From Actinomycetales bacterium (GTDB lineage: Bacteria > Actinomycetota > Actinomycetes > S36-B12): a stretch of DNA of 64,000 nucleotides. Below the pieces are notes generated by a model that saw only the letters and a list, made by a program, of their open reading frames with translations, did no database searches and had not been told where the DNA came from. The stretch is from the NCBI GenBank assembly GCA_018970025.1, contig JAGWXF010000011.1, positions 8,898-72,897 on the forward strand. Direction: 5' to 3'. A program made the position numbers and the translations under genes. This document shows positions 17,080 through 25,254 of this stretch, one piece after another. Numbering within the stretch: the stretch's first letter is position 1; each line of letters begins with the position of its first letter.

Positions 17080-17620
17080 GCGACAGTCCCATCACCGGCT
17101 TTCAAGTGGAGGTGGCGCGCGTCTTCTTCGCCATGCCTGAGGCTGGCTCCTTCCTGCCGACCGGCAGTGGATGGTTGAAACGGTGCAGGAGTCCCAGACC
17201 TTCGTTCGACTCTCCGTTGCCGGCCAAGATGACCTGATCGTCGACATCGGCCTCGACTCTCCACCTGATCTGCCGCCCACGATGTCGATCCTCGGCCCCA
17301 CGTACGCACCCCTGGAACTCGCCGCACGAAAGTTGCTGGCACTGTTCGATCGGGCGATGCCGCGCGACTTCGTCGATGTGTTCCGCCTCGTCCAACGCTG
17401 GAACCGGGAAGAACTGATGAGCCTCGCGCGAGCCATTGATCCGGGTTTCGACACCAAGGTCCTCGCGACCGCCGTGCGCCAACTCGACCGTTACCGCAAT
17501 GACGACATCCCGATCGGCGCCACCGAACTCCCAGAATTGCGGGCCTACTTCCACGGGTGGGCGCAAGAACTGGCGTCAGAGGTGGCGGACGGGCGCCAGC
17601 AGGCTCGAACCGACGCATAA
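17076..17620 (+). pseudogene. DUF1814 / AbiEii-MenT-like nucleotidyltransferase toxin, internally deleted and frameshifted
   Basis: ATG 17076 gives MSDSPITGFQVEVARVFFAMPEAGSFL... (family-typical N-terminus), then nonsense to a stop at 17235-17237. ORF 17171..17620 in another frame holds only the C-terminal half (…TFVRLSVAGQDDLIVDIGLD…LGPTYAPLELAARKLLALFDRAMPRDFVDVFRL…). The ~70-90 aa bearing the catalytic NTase motif are absent. Confidence 0.7.
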
Positions 17621-17658
17621 TCTGGTACGCGTCGGTTCGCGCCCGACCCGCCCCACCC
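17614..17658 (+). other. tRNA 3'-end-like fragment (T-arm GTCGG-TTCGCGC-CCGAC, acceptor 3' strand CCGCCCC-A)
   Basis: Read directly from the sequence. Aligns with 15429-15473 (TAATCTGG, then about 14 of the next 22 positions, then the shared 17-mer at 17641-17657). No 5' half is present. It overlaps the stop codon of the NTase remnant. Confidence 0.5.
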
Positions 17659-18072
17659 GAAATCCCCGTGCAAATCAAGGGGTTTCTCGCTCCTTTCGGC
17701 ACTCGGAATCGGGGCGAAAGATGCAGGGGGCCCATGAGTGAGGCCCATTTGATCCCGGGCTGCAGGCAGCGGTCCGGCCGAGGCCAGCACAGCAGCCCAC
17801 CACTGAGAGCGAGCCGCCATGCCCGAAGCCACGATCAGCAGCCCCGAGCAGGCCCCATCGGTCATCCGTATGACCCTGGGCGTCACCAGCGCCCGAGGCG
17901 AAACCGCAGCACCGAGTATGTTGCCGTCAATTTCCTGTAGCGCTTCCGAGGACGAGTAAGGCGCACTGAGTGCTCGCGGGCGCACGTGGGTGGTTCCCCG
18001 TCGCGCCCCCGACACTTGTTGTGTCGCGCGGACGAGCGACCCGGCGGCTGCCGACCCGAAGTCAATGGAAGC

Positions 18073-18636
18073 CTAGTTGAACGCGACCAGGGTGAGCCCG
18101 CTGGTGATCCAGCGCACCTGGGCATAGGTCAGGCCCGTGGTCCGGATGCGCACGGATGCCGCCGTCACGCCCTTGGCATACGGCCGTGACTGCACGATCG
18201 CACCCTTCGGGACGCTCGAGGCCGGGCACCTGGGCTTGCCGCACCGGGCATAGATGTCGAACACGAAGCCGAGGTTCTCGACCTTGCCCACGCGCCCGTA
18301 TCCCTTCAGGGTCGTCCTGACGCAGCGGATGCCATTGGGCTGCTCGAGCACCGAGAACGCGCGCCGGCCATTGGGCGAGGCGTACGCAACCCTGATCGCG
18401 AAGCGGCCGCGGTGCTTGCGGCAGCCGAAGACGTCGATCCCCTGCTGATCCATCGCCAGGCCCAGAGTGCGATGCGGCTCCCAGGGCGTCATCGACCCGG
18501 CCAGCCGGACGGTGACGGCACCCCAGGTGTCGTACGTTCGAGCCTGGGCGGCGGGCGCGTCCAGCAGGGCAGCGCCGATCGTCACGGTGGCAATCGCGGC
18601 TGACACCAGCCGCCGGACACCGCTGGTGCGCTCCAT
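18073..18636 (-). CDS. secreted hypothetical protein (Cys-containing)
   Basis: ORF 18073..18708; start set at ATG 18636 (MERTSGVRRLVSAAIATVTIGAALLDAPAAQA = signal peptide). No family recognised. Confidence 0.55.
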   Translation of the reverse strand: MERTSGVRRLVSAAIATVTIGAALLDAPAAQARTYDTWGAVTVRLAGSMTPWEPHRTLGLAMDQQGIDVFGCRKHRGRFAIRVAYASPNGRRAFSVLEQPNGIRCVRTTLKGYGRVGKVENLGFVFDIYARCGKPRCPASSVPKGAIVQSRPYAKGVTAASVRIRTTGLTYAQVRWITSGLTLVAFN

Positions 18637-18711
18637 GCATCGAGCGTACGTCGCCTCCGCAAGCCGCTCCTTCGGACGGTTCCCGACACGCCGCCCGGAT
18701 GCGCGCACCGA

Positions 18712-19254
18712 TCACCTGGTCGCAGGCCAGCGGCACTCGAAGTCGTAGATGGCATAGCGGCTGCCGGCCGGCCCATCCCACGCCACGGTGACGTCGGCTC
18801 GCTCACCCGGCCAGATGGGCGGCCCGGCAGCCCAGCCCTCGTTGACCTTGGCCCCGATGGCATTCAGGACGCTCACCCGGAGCCAGAATCCGCTTGGGCA
18901 GCCATCCCGGGTCACGATCTGGTAGCCGATGCAGGAGCCGTCGCCGGCATTGCACGAGGGGTCAAGGGGCGCGACCCGAAGGTAGCCGGCGGTCCCGTCA
19001 CCGGATATGTCGGTGAACCCGCTCGGCATCCACGACGTATCCGGGCCGTCCTTGAGCGAGACGGTGGTCCAGCTGCGCGATCCGAGGTCGGTCTGCTGGG
19101 TTCGGCTGATGCCGAGGCCAGCGCCGACCGCATATGCCAGGAACACCATCGTCCCGATGGTGAGTGCCGTGACGACCCACGGCCACCGCCGGTGCGGTCC
19201 GGTCCACAGGAGCGCCCGCAGTTCCTCGTCGCTCAGGTCATGCACGTGCGCCAC
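18712..19254 (-). CDS. membrane-anchored hypothetical protein (single N-terminal TM, Cys-rich ectodomain)
   Basis: MAHVHDLSDEELRALLWTGPHRRWPWVVTALTIGTMVFLAYAV..., followed by a soluble domain with 5 Cys. Confidence 0.55.
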   Translation of the reverse strand: MAHVHDLSDEELRALLWTGPHRRWPWVVTALTIGTMVFLAYAVGAGLGISRTQQTDLGSRSWTTVSLKDGPDTSWMPSGFTDISGDGTAGYLRVAPLDPSCNAGDGSCIGYQIVTRDGCPSGFWLRVSVLNAIGAKVNEGWAAGPPIWPGERADVTVAWDGPAGSRYAIYDFECRWPATR

Positions 19255-19403
19255 CCGGTGATCGGTGCTGGCCCCTCGACTCGAGTATCGGGGCGCCGCC
19301 TCGATGGATGCCGCCGCTTGGATACCGGCTGCAGGCCATTGCTCGGTCCCGGGGCCGTGCGTGGGAGAGCCTCCTGGGGCCGCGACGCTCAGACTTCGGA
19401 GGT

Positions 19404-20255
19404 ATGTGGGAGATCGGGATCATCGTGCTGGCGTGCGGCGCCGCTGCCTGCTATCGCCTGCCGCACCCCGCCCCCGTGAGCTCATGGCGGGCGACCGCCG
19501 CCATGGCCCTGACGGTCGCGATGGCATGGACCGTGATCGCGGTCCTGCTCGCCGGGGCGCATCACGGATACCTGCCGCTCGCGCTGCTCCTGGCCGGCCT
19601 GCTGGCCCTCGTGGCCGGTCGCTCGAGCCTGGACGCCCAGTCGGCTGCCTGGATCACCGCCCTGGCGTGGACGCTCATGCTCCTCGCCGGCAGCATCCTG
19701 GCCCTGCGACTGCTCGAGCCCTTCGTCGCAAGCTGGGTCATCGCCCTGGCGGGCAGTGCGGTCATCGCCAGTCGGGGCCCGGGGCCGGCAGGGACATCCG
19801 CTGCGATCGTCCTGCCGGCCTGGCTCGCCTGGGCACAGGCCGTGATCGACCTGCCTGGCGAGCGGGGCCCGATCGTGGACTGCTTCCTGGCCGTAAGCAG
19901 CCTGGGCTTCATGGTCCTGGCCCTTCGCGGTCGGCAGGGGTGGCCCGTGGCCGCCTGGGCCGGCACCGCAGAGGTGGCCCTGCTGCTGATGATCGGGCCC
20001 GGCGCCGGCCTGGCCGGCACCCTGGTCGGGACGCTCGCGCTGGGGGTGGTCGTCCTCGGCCTGCTGCTGGCCGCGGGACGGATCAGCCGGCTGGCGGCAC
20101 GCCGGTGCCTGGCCGTGCTGGCACTGGCGGCGGGTGTGGCCGCCCTGCTCACGGCCGGGTGGTCGCTGCTGCTCGGCCGGGGCATCGGCCCGGGGTGGGT
20201 GGTCATCATCGCGGCCCTTGGCTGGCTGGTCTTCCCGTCCTCGCGATACCCCTGA
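19404..20255 (+). CDS. polytopic membrane protein, function unknown
   Basis: ORF 19308..20255; ATG 19404 (MWEIGIIVLACGAAACY...) begins the hydrophobic part. About 8 Ala/Leu/Gly-rich TM segments. Start uncertain. Confidence 0.5.
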   Translation: MWEIGIIVLACGAAACYRLPHPAPVSSWRATAAMALTVAMAWTVIAVLLAGAHHGYLPLALLLAGLLALVAGRSSLDAQSAAWITALAWTLMLLAGSILALRLLEPFVASWVIALAGSAVIASRGPGPAGTSAAIVLPAWLAWAQAVIDLPGERGPIVDCFLAVSSLGFMVLALRGRQGWPVAAWAGTAEVALLLMIGPGAGLAGTLVGTLALGVVVLGLLLAAGRISRLAARRCLAVLALAAGVAALLTAGWSLLLGRGIGPGWVVIIAALGWLVFPSSRYP

Positions 20256-20275
20256 TACAGCGCGCTGCGTCACCG

Positions 20276-20929
20276 ATGACGCCGACGGCGGTTACTGTGG
20301 TCACCGTGACCAGTCAGGCCCCCACGAGTTCAGCCCCCCAGGCCCCAGCCCCGGCACCTGCCCGGCATGTCGGCGCCTACCTGGAGATGCTGGCCGGCAG
20401 CATCCTGGGGCTGATCGCCTCGTTCGTGCTGTCGGTCGATGCGATCGAGCTGGCGCGCAACCCGGCTGCCACGTTCTCCTGCGACATCTCCGCGAAGGTC
20501 TCGTGCAGCACGGTCGGCCTGTCGTGGCAGGCGAGCCTGCTGGGCTTCCCGAATGCATTCCTGGGCCTGATGACCGAGCCCGTGGTCATCACCCTGGCGG
20601 TTGCCGCATTGGGCGGCGTGCGCTTCCCGCGGTGGTTCATGCTCGCCGCCCAGGCCGTCTATGCCATCGGCTTCGTCTTCGCCTACTGGCTGTTCTACCA
20701 GGCGTACTTCGATATCGGTGCCCTGTGCCCGTGGTGCCTGCTCGTGACGGCCACCACGACCCTGGTGTTCGTGTCGATGACGCGGGTGAACCTGCTGGAC
20801 AACAACTTCCGCCTGCCGGCTGCCGTGCACGAGCGAGTGTCCGGCTGGCTCCGCATGGGTGCTGACATCGGCTTCACGGTGATCCTGCTGGCGATCATCG
20901 CGGGGATGGTCATCTACCGCTACCTGTGA
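20276..20929 (+). CDS. vitamin K epoxide reductase (VKOR) family protein, DsbB-like thiol oxidase
   Basis: This is the last 217 codons of track ORF 19265..20929, starting at ATG 20276. Contains loop cysteines (FSCD…KVSCS) and the active-site CPWC in a TM helix. Confidence 0.8.
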   Translation: MTPTAVTVVTVTSQAPTSSAPQAPAPAPARHVGAYLEMLAGSILGLIASFVLSVDAIELARNPAATFSCDISAKVSCSTVGLSWQASLLGFPNAFLGLMTEPVVITLAVAALGGVRFPRWFMLAAQAVYAIGFVFAYWLFYQAYFDIGALCPWCLLVTATTTLVFVSMTRVNLLDNNFRLPAAVHERVSGWLRMGADIGFTVILLAIIAGMVIYRYL

Positions 20930-20945
20930 TGCGGCTGCCGGCAGG

Positions 20946-22733
20946 ATGCGCATGCGCATGATCGCAGGGCGCATGACGGCTCCCGTGGTCACCTGCTGTG
21001 CCGTGCTGGCTGCCTGCCTCGTGCTGCCGGTGCTGGCGCCGACAGCCCAGGCCTCGCCCGACACCGCCTGGGTGGAGCGGACCCTGGCGGCGATGACGAC
21101 CCGGCAGAAGGTGGGTCAGCTGTTCGTGCCCCGCGTCTATGGCACCAGCGCCGACACCCGGAACCCGGCTGCTATCCGGCGCAATCGCGCTGAGCTCGGC
21201 GTGGCCAATGCCGTGGAGCTCGTCGCCGACTACGGCATCGGCGGGGTGGTCTACTTCAGTGCGAACGTGACCACGCCCCGGGCACTGGCCCGCTTCGGCA
21301 ACTCGCTCCAGCAGGCGGCAGCGCAGCTTCCCGTCCCCATCGCGGTCCTGACCGCCATGGACCAGGAGCAGGGCACGGTGGTGCGGGTCGGGCCTCCGGC
21401 AACCGTCCTGCCCGGGAACATGGCCCTGGGAGCCAGCCGATCCCTGCCGGCCGCTCGCGAGTCCGCGCGCATCACCGCAGTGGAGCTGCGCGCCATGGGC
21501 GTGCGCATGGACTACGCGCCAGTCGCCGACGTGAACACCAATCCAGCCAATCCGGTGATCGGGGTTCGCTCCTTCTCATCGGATCCCGTGCTCGCCGCCC
21601 AGCTGACCGGGGCAAGCATCGACGGCCTGCACGCCGGTGGTGTGGCAGCGACCGCCAAGCACTTCCCCGGCCACGGGGATACCTCGGTCGACAGCCACCG
21701 AGGCCTGCCGGTCATCGACCATGATCGGGCAGGCCTGGATGCCGTCGACCTGGCACCCTTCCGTGCGGCCATCGCGGCCGGCGTCGATGCCATCATGACC
21801 GGCCACCTGGTCGTCCCTGCCCTCGACCCGTCAGGGAGCCCGGCGACCCTCTCCGAGCCCGTCATCACCGGCGTGCTGCGTCGCCAACTGGGCTTCGACG
21901 GGGTCGTCGTGACCGACTCGCTGCGGATGGCGGGCGTGCGCAGGCAGCATGCCGATGGCGAGGTGGCCGTGCGGGCGATCCTCGCCGGGGCGGATCAGCT
22001 CCTCGACCCGCCGGACCTGCCAGCTGCCTTCGCGGCCGTCCTGCGCGCGGTGGGGAGCGGGCGCATCAGCGCAGCGCGCCTGGATGCCTCCGTTCGGCGC
22101 ATCCTCGCCCTGAAGGCCGACCTCGGCCTGACCTCGCCCGAGCTGGCCATGGTCGATACGAGTGCGGTTCGCGCCGTCGTGGGAGGTGCGGCCCACCGTG
22201 ATGCGGCCCTGCGGATCACCGACCTGACCACGACCGTGATCGCCGGCGATGGAGGCACTGCGCTGCCTGACGTGCGGGGGAGCCGGATCCTGATCACGGG
22301 TCCCAGCTCGGCCGCGATGTCTGCCCTGGCCCGGATCCTTGGCCAGCGGGGAGCTCAGGTGAGTGTCCTGCAGACCGGCGCCAGGCCCTCGCCCGCCGCG
22401 ATCGATCGAGCCGTCCGCGCGGCCCGGGGGGCGGATCATGTGATCGCCCTGACCTGGGATGTGCGCAGCGGCGATCGCCAGGCGCGGCTCATCCATGCAC
22501 TCCAGGATTGCCGGACGCCGCTGCACCAGGTCGCCATCGGCACGCCGTACGACATCAGCGCCTTCCCAGATGTCACGGACGCCCTGGCCACCTACTCCGC
22601 CCTGCCGATCGCGATGCGCTCCCTGGCCCGCGTGCTGCTGGGCGAGGTCCGCCCGGTCGGCCGGCTCCCGGTTGCCGTCCCTGGCCAGGGCGGCAGGATC
22701 CTGTTCCCGGTCGGATGGCGGGCCATGCCATGA
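20946..22733 (+). CDS. secreted glycoside hydrolase family 3 (beta-N-acetylhexosaminidase/NagZ-LpqI-like)
   Basis: Signal peptide, then QKVGQLF..., the GH3 motif KHFPGHGDTSVDSH and a C-terminal GH3 domain. Confidence 0.85.
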   Translation: MRMRMIAGRMTAPVVTCCAVLAACLVLPVLAPTAQASPDTAWVERTLAAMTTRQKVGQLFVPRVYGTSADTRNPAAIRRNRAELGVANAVELVADYGIGGVVYFSANVTTPRALARFGNSLQQAAAQLPVPIAVLTAMDQEQGTVVRVGPPATVLPGNMALGASRSLPAARESARITAVELRAMGVRMDYAPVADVNTNPANPVIGVRSFSSDPVLAAQLTGASIDGLHAGGVAATAKHFPGHGDTSVDSHRGLPVIDHDRAGLDAVDLAPFRAAIAAGVDAIMTGHLVVPALDPSGSPATLSEPVITGVLRRQLGFDGVVVTDSLRMAGVRRQHADGEVAVRAILAGADQLLDPPDLPAAFAAVLRAVGSGRISAARLDASVRRILALKADLGLTSPELAMVDTSAVRAVVGGAAHRDAALRITDLTTTVIAGDGGTALPDVRGSRILITGPSSAAMSALARILGQRGAQVSVLQTGARPSPAAIDRAVRAARGADHVIALTWDVRSGDRQARLIHALQDCRTPLHQVAIGTPYDISAFPDVTDALATYSALPIAMRSLARVLLGEVRPVGRLPVAVPGQGGRILFPVGWRAMP

Positions 22734-23557
22734 GCGTCATCGAGGTTGAGGACGAGAACGATGACCGGCTCGGGGAGTACCTGCGACTGACCGACGTGGC
22801 ATTGCGGTCGCGCATCGAGCCGGGACTTGGCGTGTACCTGGCTGAGAGCATGGAGGTGATCAGGCGTGCCGTCGAGGCCGGGCATCGGCCGCGCTCCTTC
22901 CTGATGGCCGGCCGCTGGCTCGAGGCCATGGACGATGTCCTTCGGCACACCGGTGCCGGGCCGCACGGGGATGTTCCGGTGTTCATCGCCGATGAGCCGC
23001 TGCTGCGCTCCATCACCGGCTTCCACCTGCACCGCGGCGCCATTGCGGCCATGCATCGTCCGCCCCTGCCGAGCCTGGATGACGTGATCGGCCGTCCAGG
23101 CTGCCGGGTGATCGCAATCCTGGAGGATCTGGTCGACCACACCAATGTGGGAGCCATCTTCCGTTCCGCCGCGGCCCTGGGCGCCGACGCAGTCCTGGTG
23201 ACCCCACGGTGCGCGGACCCGCTCTACCGTCGAAGCGTGCGTGTCTCCATGGGAACGGTGTTCCAGGTGCCGTGGACGAGGCTGCCGTCCTGGCCGGAGT
23301 CACTCGATGCGATACGCGGCCGGGGCTTTGCCGTTGTCGGGCTCGACCCGGATCCCTCGGGCGTCTCCCTTGCGGACTTCTGCGCCCCACGGCCCGAGCG
23401 GGTGGCACTCGTCCTCGGCACGGAGGGAGCAGGCGTGGCGCGGGAGACCTCGCGACGACTCGACCTTGGGGTTCGCATTCCGATGGCGGGCGGTGTCGAC
23501 TCGCTCAACGTCGCTGCGGCGAGCGCGGTGGCCTTCTGGGCCCTGTGCGCTCGCTGA
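22730..23557 (+). CDS. TrmH/SpoU-family RNA 2'-O-methyltransferase
   Basis: In-frame ATG 22730 overlaps the GH3 stop (ATGA). MSVIEVEDENDDRLGEYLRLTD... and the SpoU motifs NVGAIFRSAAALGADAVLV and SLNVAAASAVAFW. Confidence 0.85.
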   Translation: MSVIEVEDENDDRLGEYLRLTDVALRSRIEPGLGVYLAESMEVIRRAVEAGHRPRSFLMAGRWLEAMDDVLRHTGAGPHGDVPVFIADEPLLRSITGFHLHRGAIAAMHRPPLPSLDDVIGRPGCRVIAILEDLVDHTNVGAIFRSAAALGADAVLVTPRCADPLYRRSVRVSMGTVFQVPWTRLPSWPESLDAIRGRGFAVVGLDPDPSGVSLADFCAPRPERVALVLGTEGAGVARETSRRLDLGVRIPMAGGVDSLNVAAASAVAFWALCAR

Positions 23558-24356
23558 CGCCGGGCTCCGCCGCGATTGCGATGCCGGCGGCTCCGGCACG
23601 GATGACGGCATCATGTCGATCAACGGCCCCCAGGAGAGCGAGGATCGCCTGCACTTCCGCCTTCACCGTCGACATCGAGAATCCCAGGTCGCGGGCGATC
23701 ACCTTGTTGGCCTTGCCCTGGCGAATGCCCTCCAGGACCTGCTCCTGCCGGCGCGTGAGCACGATGGATCCGCCCCTTCCGCGTCGTTGCGCGCGCTCAA
23801 CGGCCGCCTCCAGGCCGAGTTGGTGAATGCGCGACCACAGGCTGACCGCGGCTGCCACGGCCGTCAGATGCGAGCGCTCGGACCACTCCCAGGTCAGGTT
23901 CCCGGGGACGGCCACCACGAGGGTTCCGATCCCCGTGCCCAGGTAGCCCAGCGGCAGGTGGATCCAGTCGCGCTCCCGGCTGCCGGGCTCGGTGGCGAAG
24001 AACGCACGCGTGAGCGGGAACTCCTCGTCGCCGGCGGAGCCCCTCAGGTAGAGCTCCTCGCCGGTCCGCATCGCCCGGGCGACGGGAACCTCGACGTCGA
24101 CCGGCACCAGCTGGTATCGGTCCAGCGCCTCGCTGACGAACCCGTGCTCGCCGACCAGGGTCAGGTGCCTGCGCATGTCATCGCACAGGAAGATGGCACA
24201 GCTGGACGCCTGGAATCTGGCGCATGGGCCGTTGGCCACGGCATATGCGACGGCGTCCCCGTCAGGCTGGGAGGCAAGCAATCGGAGGAAGTCCGCTTGC
24301 ACCCACAGACCGGATTGGTCGGGCTGCCCGCGGTGGGCGCTGGACAGCTGGCTCAT
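23505..24356 (-). CDS. GAF-domain LuxR-family transcriptional regulator
   Basis: ORF 23505..24611; start set at ATG 24356 (MSQLSSAH...; alternative ATG 24395). C-terminal LuxR HTH LTRRQEQVLEGIRQGKANKVIARDLGFSMSTVKAEV. The 3' end overlaps the convergent trmH-like gene by 53 nt. Confidence 0.7.
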   Translation of the reverse strand: MSQLSSAHRGQPDQSGLWVQADFLRLLASQPDGDAVAYAVANGPCARFQASSCAIFLCDDMRRHLTLVGEHGFVSEALDRYQLVPVDVEVPVARAMRTGEELYLRGSAGDEEFPLTRAFFATEPGSRERDWIHLPLGYLGTGIGTLVVAVPGNLTWEWSERSHLTAVAAAVSLWSRIHQLGLEAAVERAQRRGRGGSIVLTRRQEQVLEGIRQGKANKVIARDLGFSMSTVKAEVQAILALLGAVDRHDAVIRAGAAGIAIAAEPGVSERTGPRRPPRSPQRR

Positions 24357-24510
24357 CTTCCCCCCGGATCGGCCATAGCCGAAGACTGGCCGCATTGTTC
24401 CGCGCAATCTCGCCAATGACAAGGCCCGATCCGCAACGCTGCGACTGGCCGTGGCGTTCGGGGGGCGCCGCGACCCCTGCATTCGGCTCGGATCGGTAGG
24501 CTCGCGCGCC

Positions 24511-25254
24511 ATGCGCGGCCTGGGGACGATCGTCAATGTGCTCGCGATCCTCGTCGGTTCCGGGCTCGGCATCCTGATCGGCCATCGGCTGCCCGAGCGC
24601 ACCCGGGTCACCGTGACCGACGCCCTCGGCCTGGTGACCCTGGTGATCGGCGGGATGAACTGCTTCGCCCTGGTCGATCCGGCCTACGTCAGTGCTGTCG
24701 GCAGCGCGGCCACCCTGCTCATCGTGCTCGGCGCCCTGATCATCGGCGGCATCGCCGGCTCCCTGCTGCGAATCAAGGATCGCCTGGAGTCCGCCGGCGG
24801 CTGGCTGCAGTCGCGACTGGTCCGACGTGACGCGGGCGATGGACGTGCCCGCTTCATCGAGGGCTTCGTGAGCTCCTCCCTGGTCTTCTGCATCGGCCCG
24901 CTGGCCATCATGGGATCGCTCAGCGATGGCCTGGGCCTGGGCAGCGAGCAGCTGGTGCTGAAGTCGTCGCTGGACTTCTTCGGCTCGCTGGCGTTCGCCG
25001 CCGCCATGGGGTGGGGGGTCGCCGCCTCGGCGATCTCGGTCGGCGCATTTCAGGGCCTTGTCACCGTCCTCGGGCTGCTGATGGGCAACGTGCTGTCGGA
25101 TGCGCTGATCGCGTCGATCACCGCCACCGGCGGGGTGCTGCTGCTCGGCGTGGGCCTGCGACTGCTCCACCTGCGTGCCGTGCCGGTCGGCAACCTGCTC
25201 CCGGCCCTGCTGGCCGCGCCGCTCCTGACCGTCGTGGTCAGCCAGGTTCGCTGA
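24511..25254 (+). CDS. DUF554 family membrane protein
   Basis: ORF 24451..25254; start set at ATG 24511 (MRGLGTIVNVLAILVGSGLGILIGHRLPER...), a typical DUF554 N-terminus. Confidence 0.8.
   Translation: MRGLGTIVNVLAILVGSGLGILIGHRLPERTRVTVTDALGLVTLVIGGMNCFALVDPAYVSAVGSAATLLIVLGALIIGGIAGSLLRIKDRLESAGGWLQSRLVRRDAGDGRARFIEGFVSSSLVFCIGPLAIMGSLSDGLGLGSEQLVLKSSLDFFGSLAFAAAMGWGVAASAISVGAFQGLVTVLGLLMGNVLSDALIASITATGGVLLLGVGLRLLHLRAVPVGNLLPALLAAPLLTVVVSQVR

Noticed and set aside
14137-18072. Searched all six frames for an integrase, recombinase or transposase that would make the islet a mobile element
   Set aside because: No tyrosine-recombinase (…HDLRH…Y), serine-recombinase or DDE-like segment was recognised by eye, so the region is not called a mobile_element.
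19265-20929. 554-aa plus-strand ORF read as a single gene
   Set aside because: The first ~335 codons are Arg/Gly/Pro-rich and overlap the better membrane-protein frame (19404..20255). Only the last 217 codons, from ATG 20276, are VKOR-like.
23505-23557. 53-nt overlap of convergent trmH-like and LuxR-family genes as a possible antisense-regulation feature
   Set aside because: The overlap depends on a low-complexity Arg/Pro-rich LuxR C-terminal tail that may be fortuitous read-through to the next stop. There is no independent evidence.
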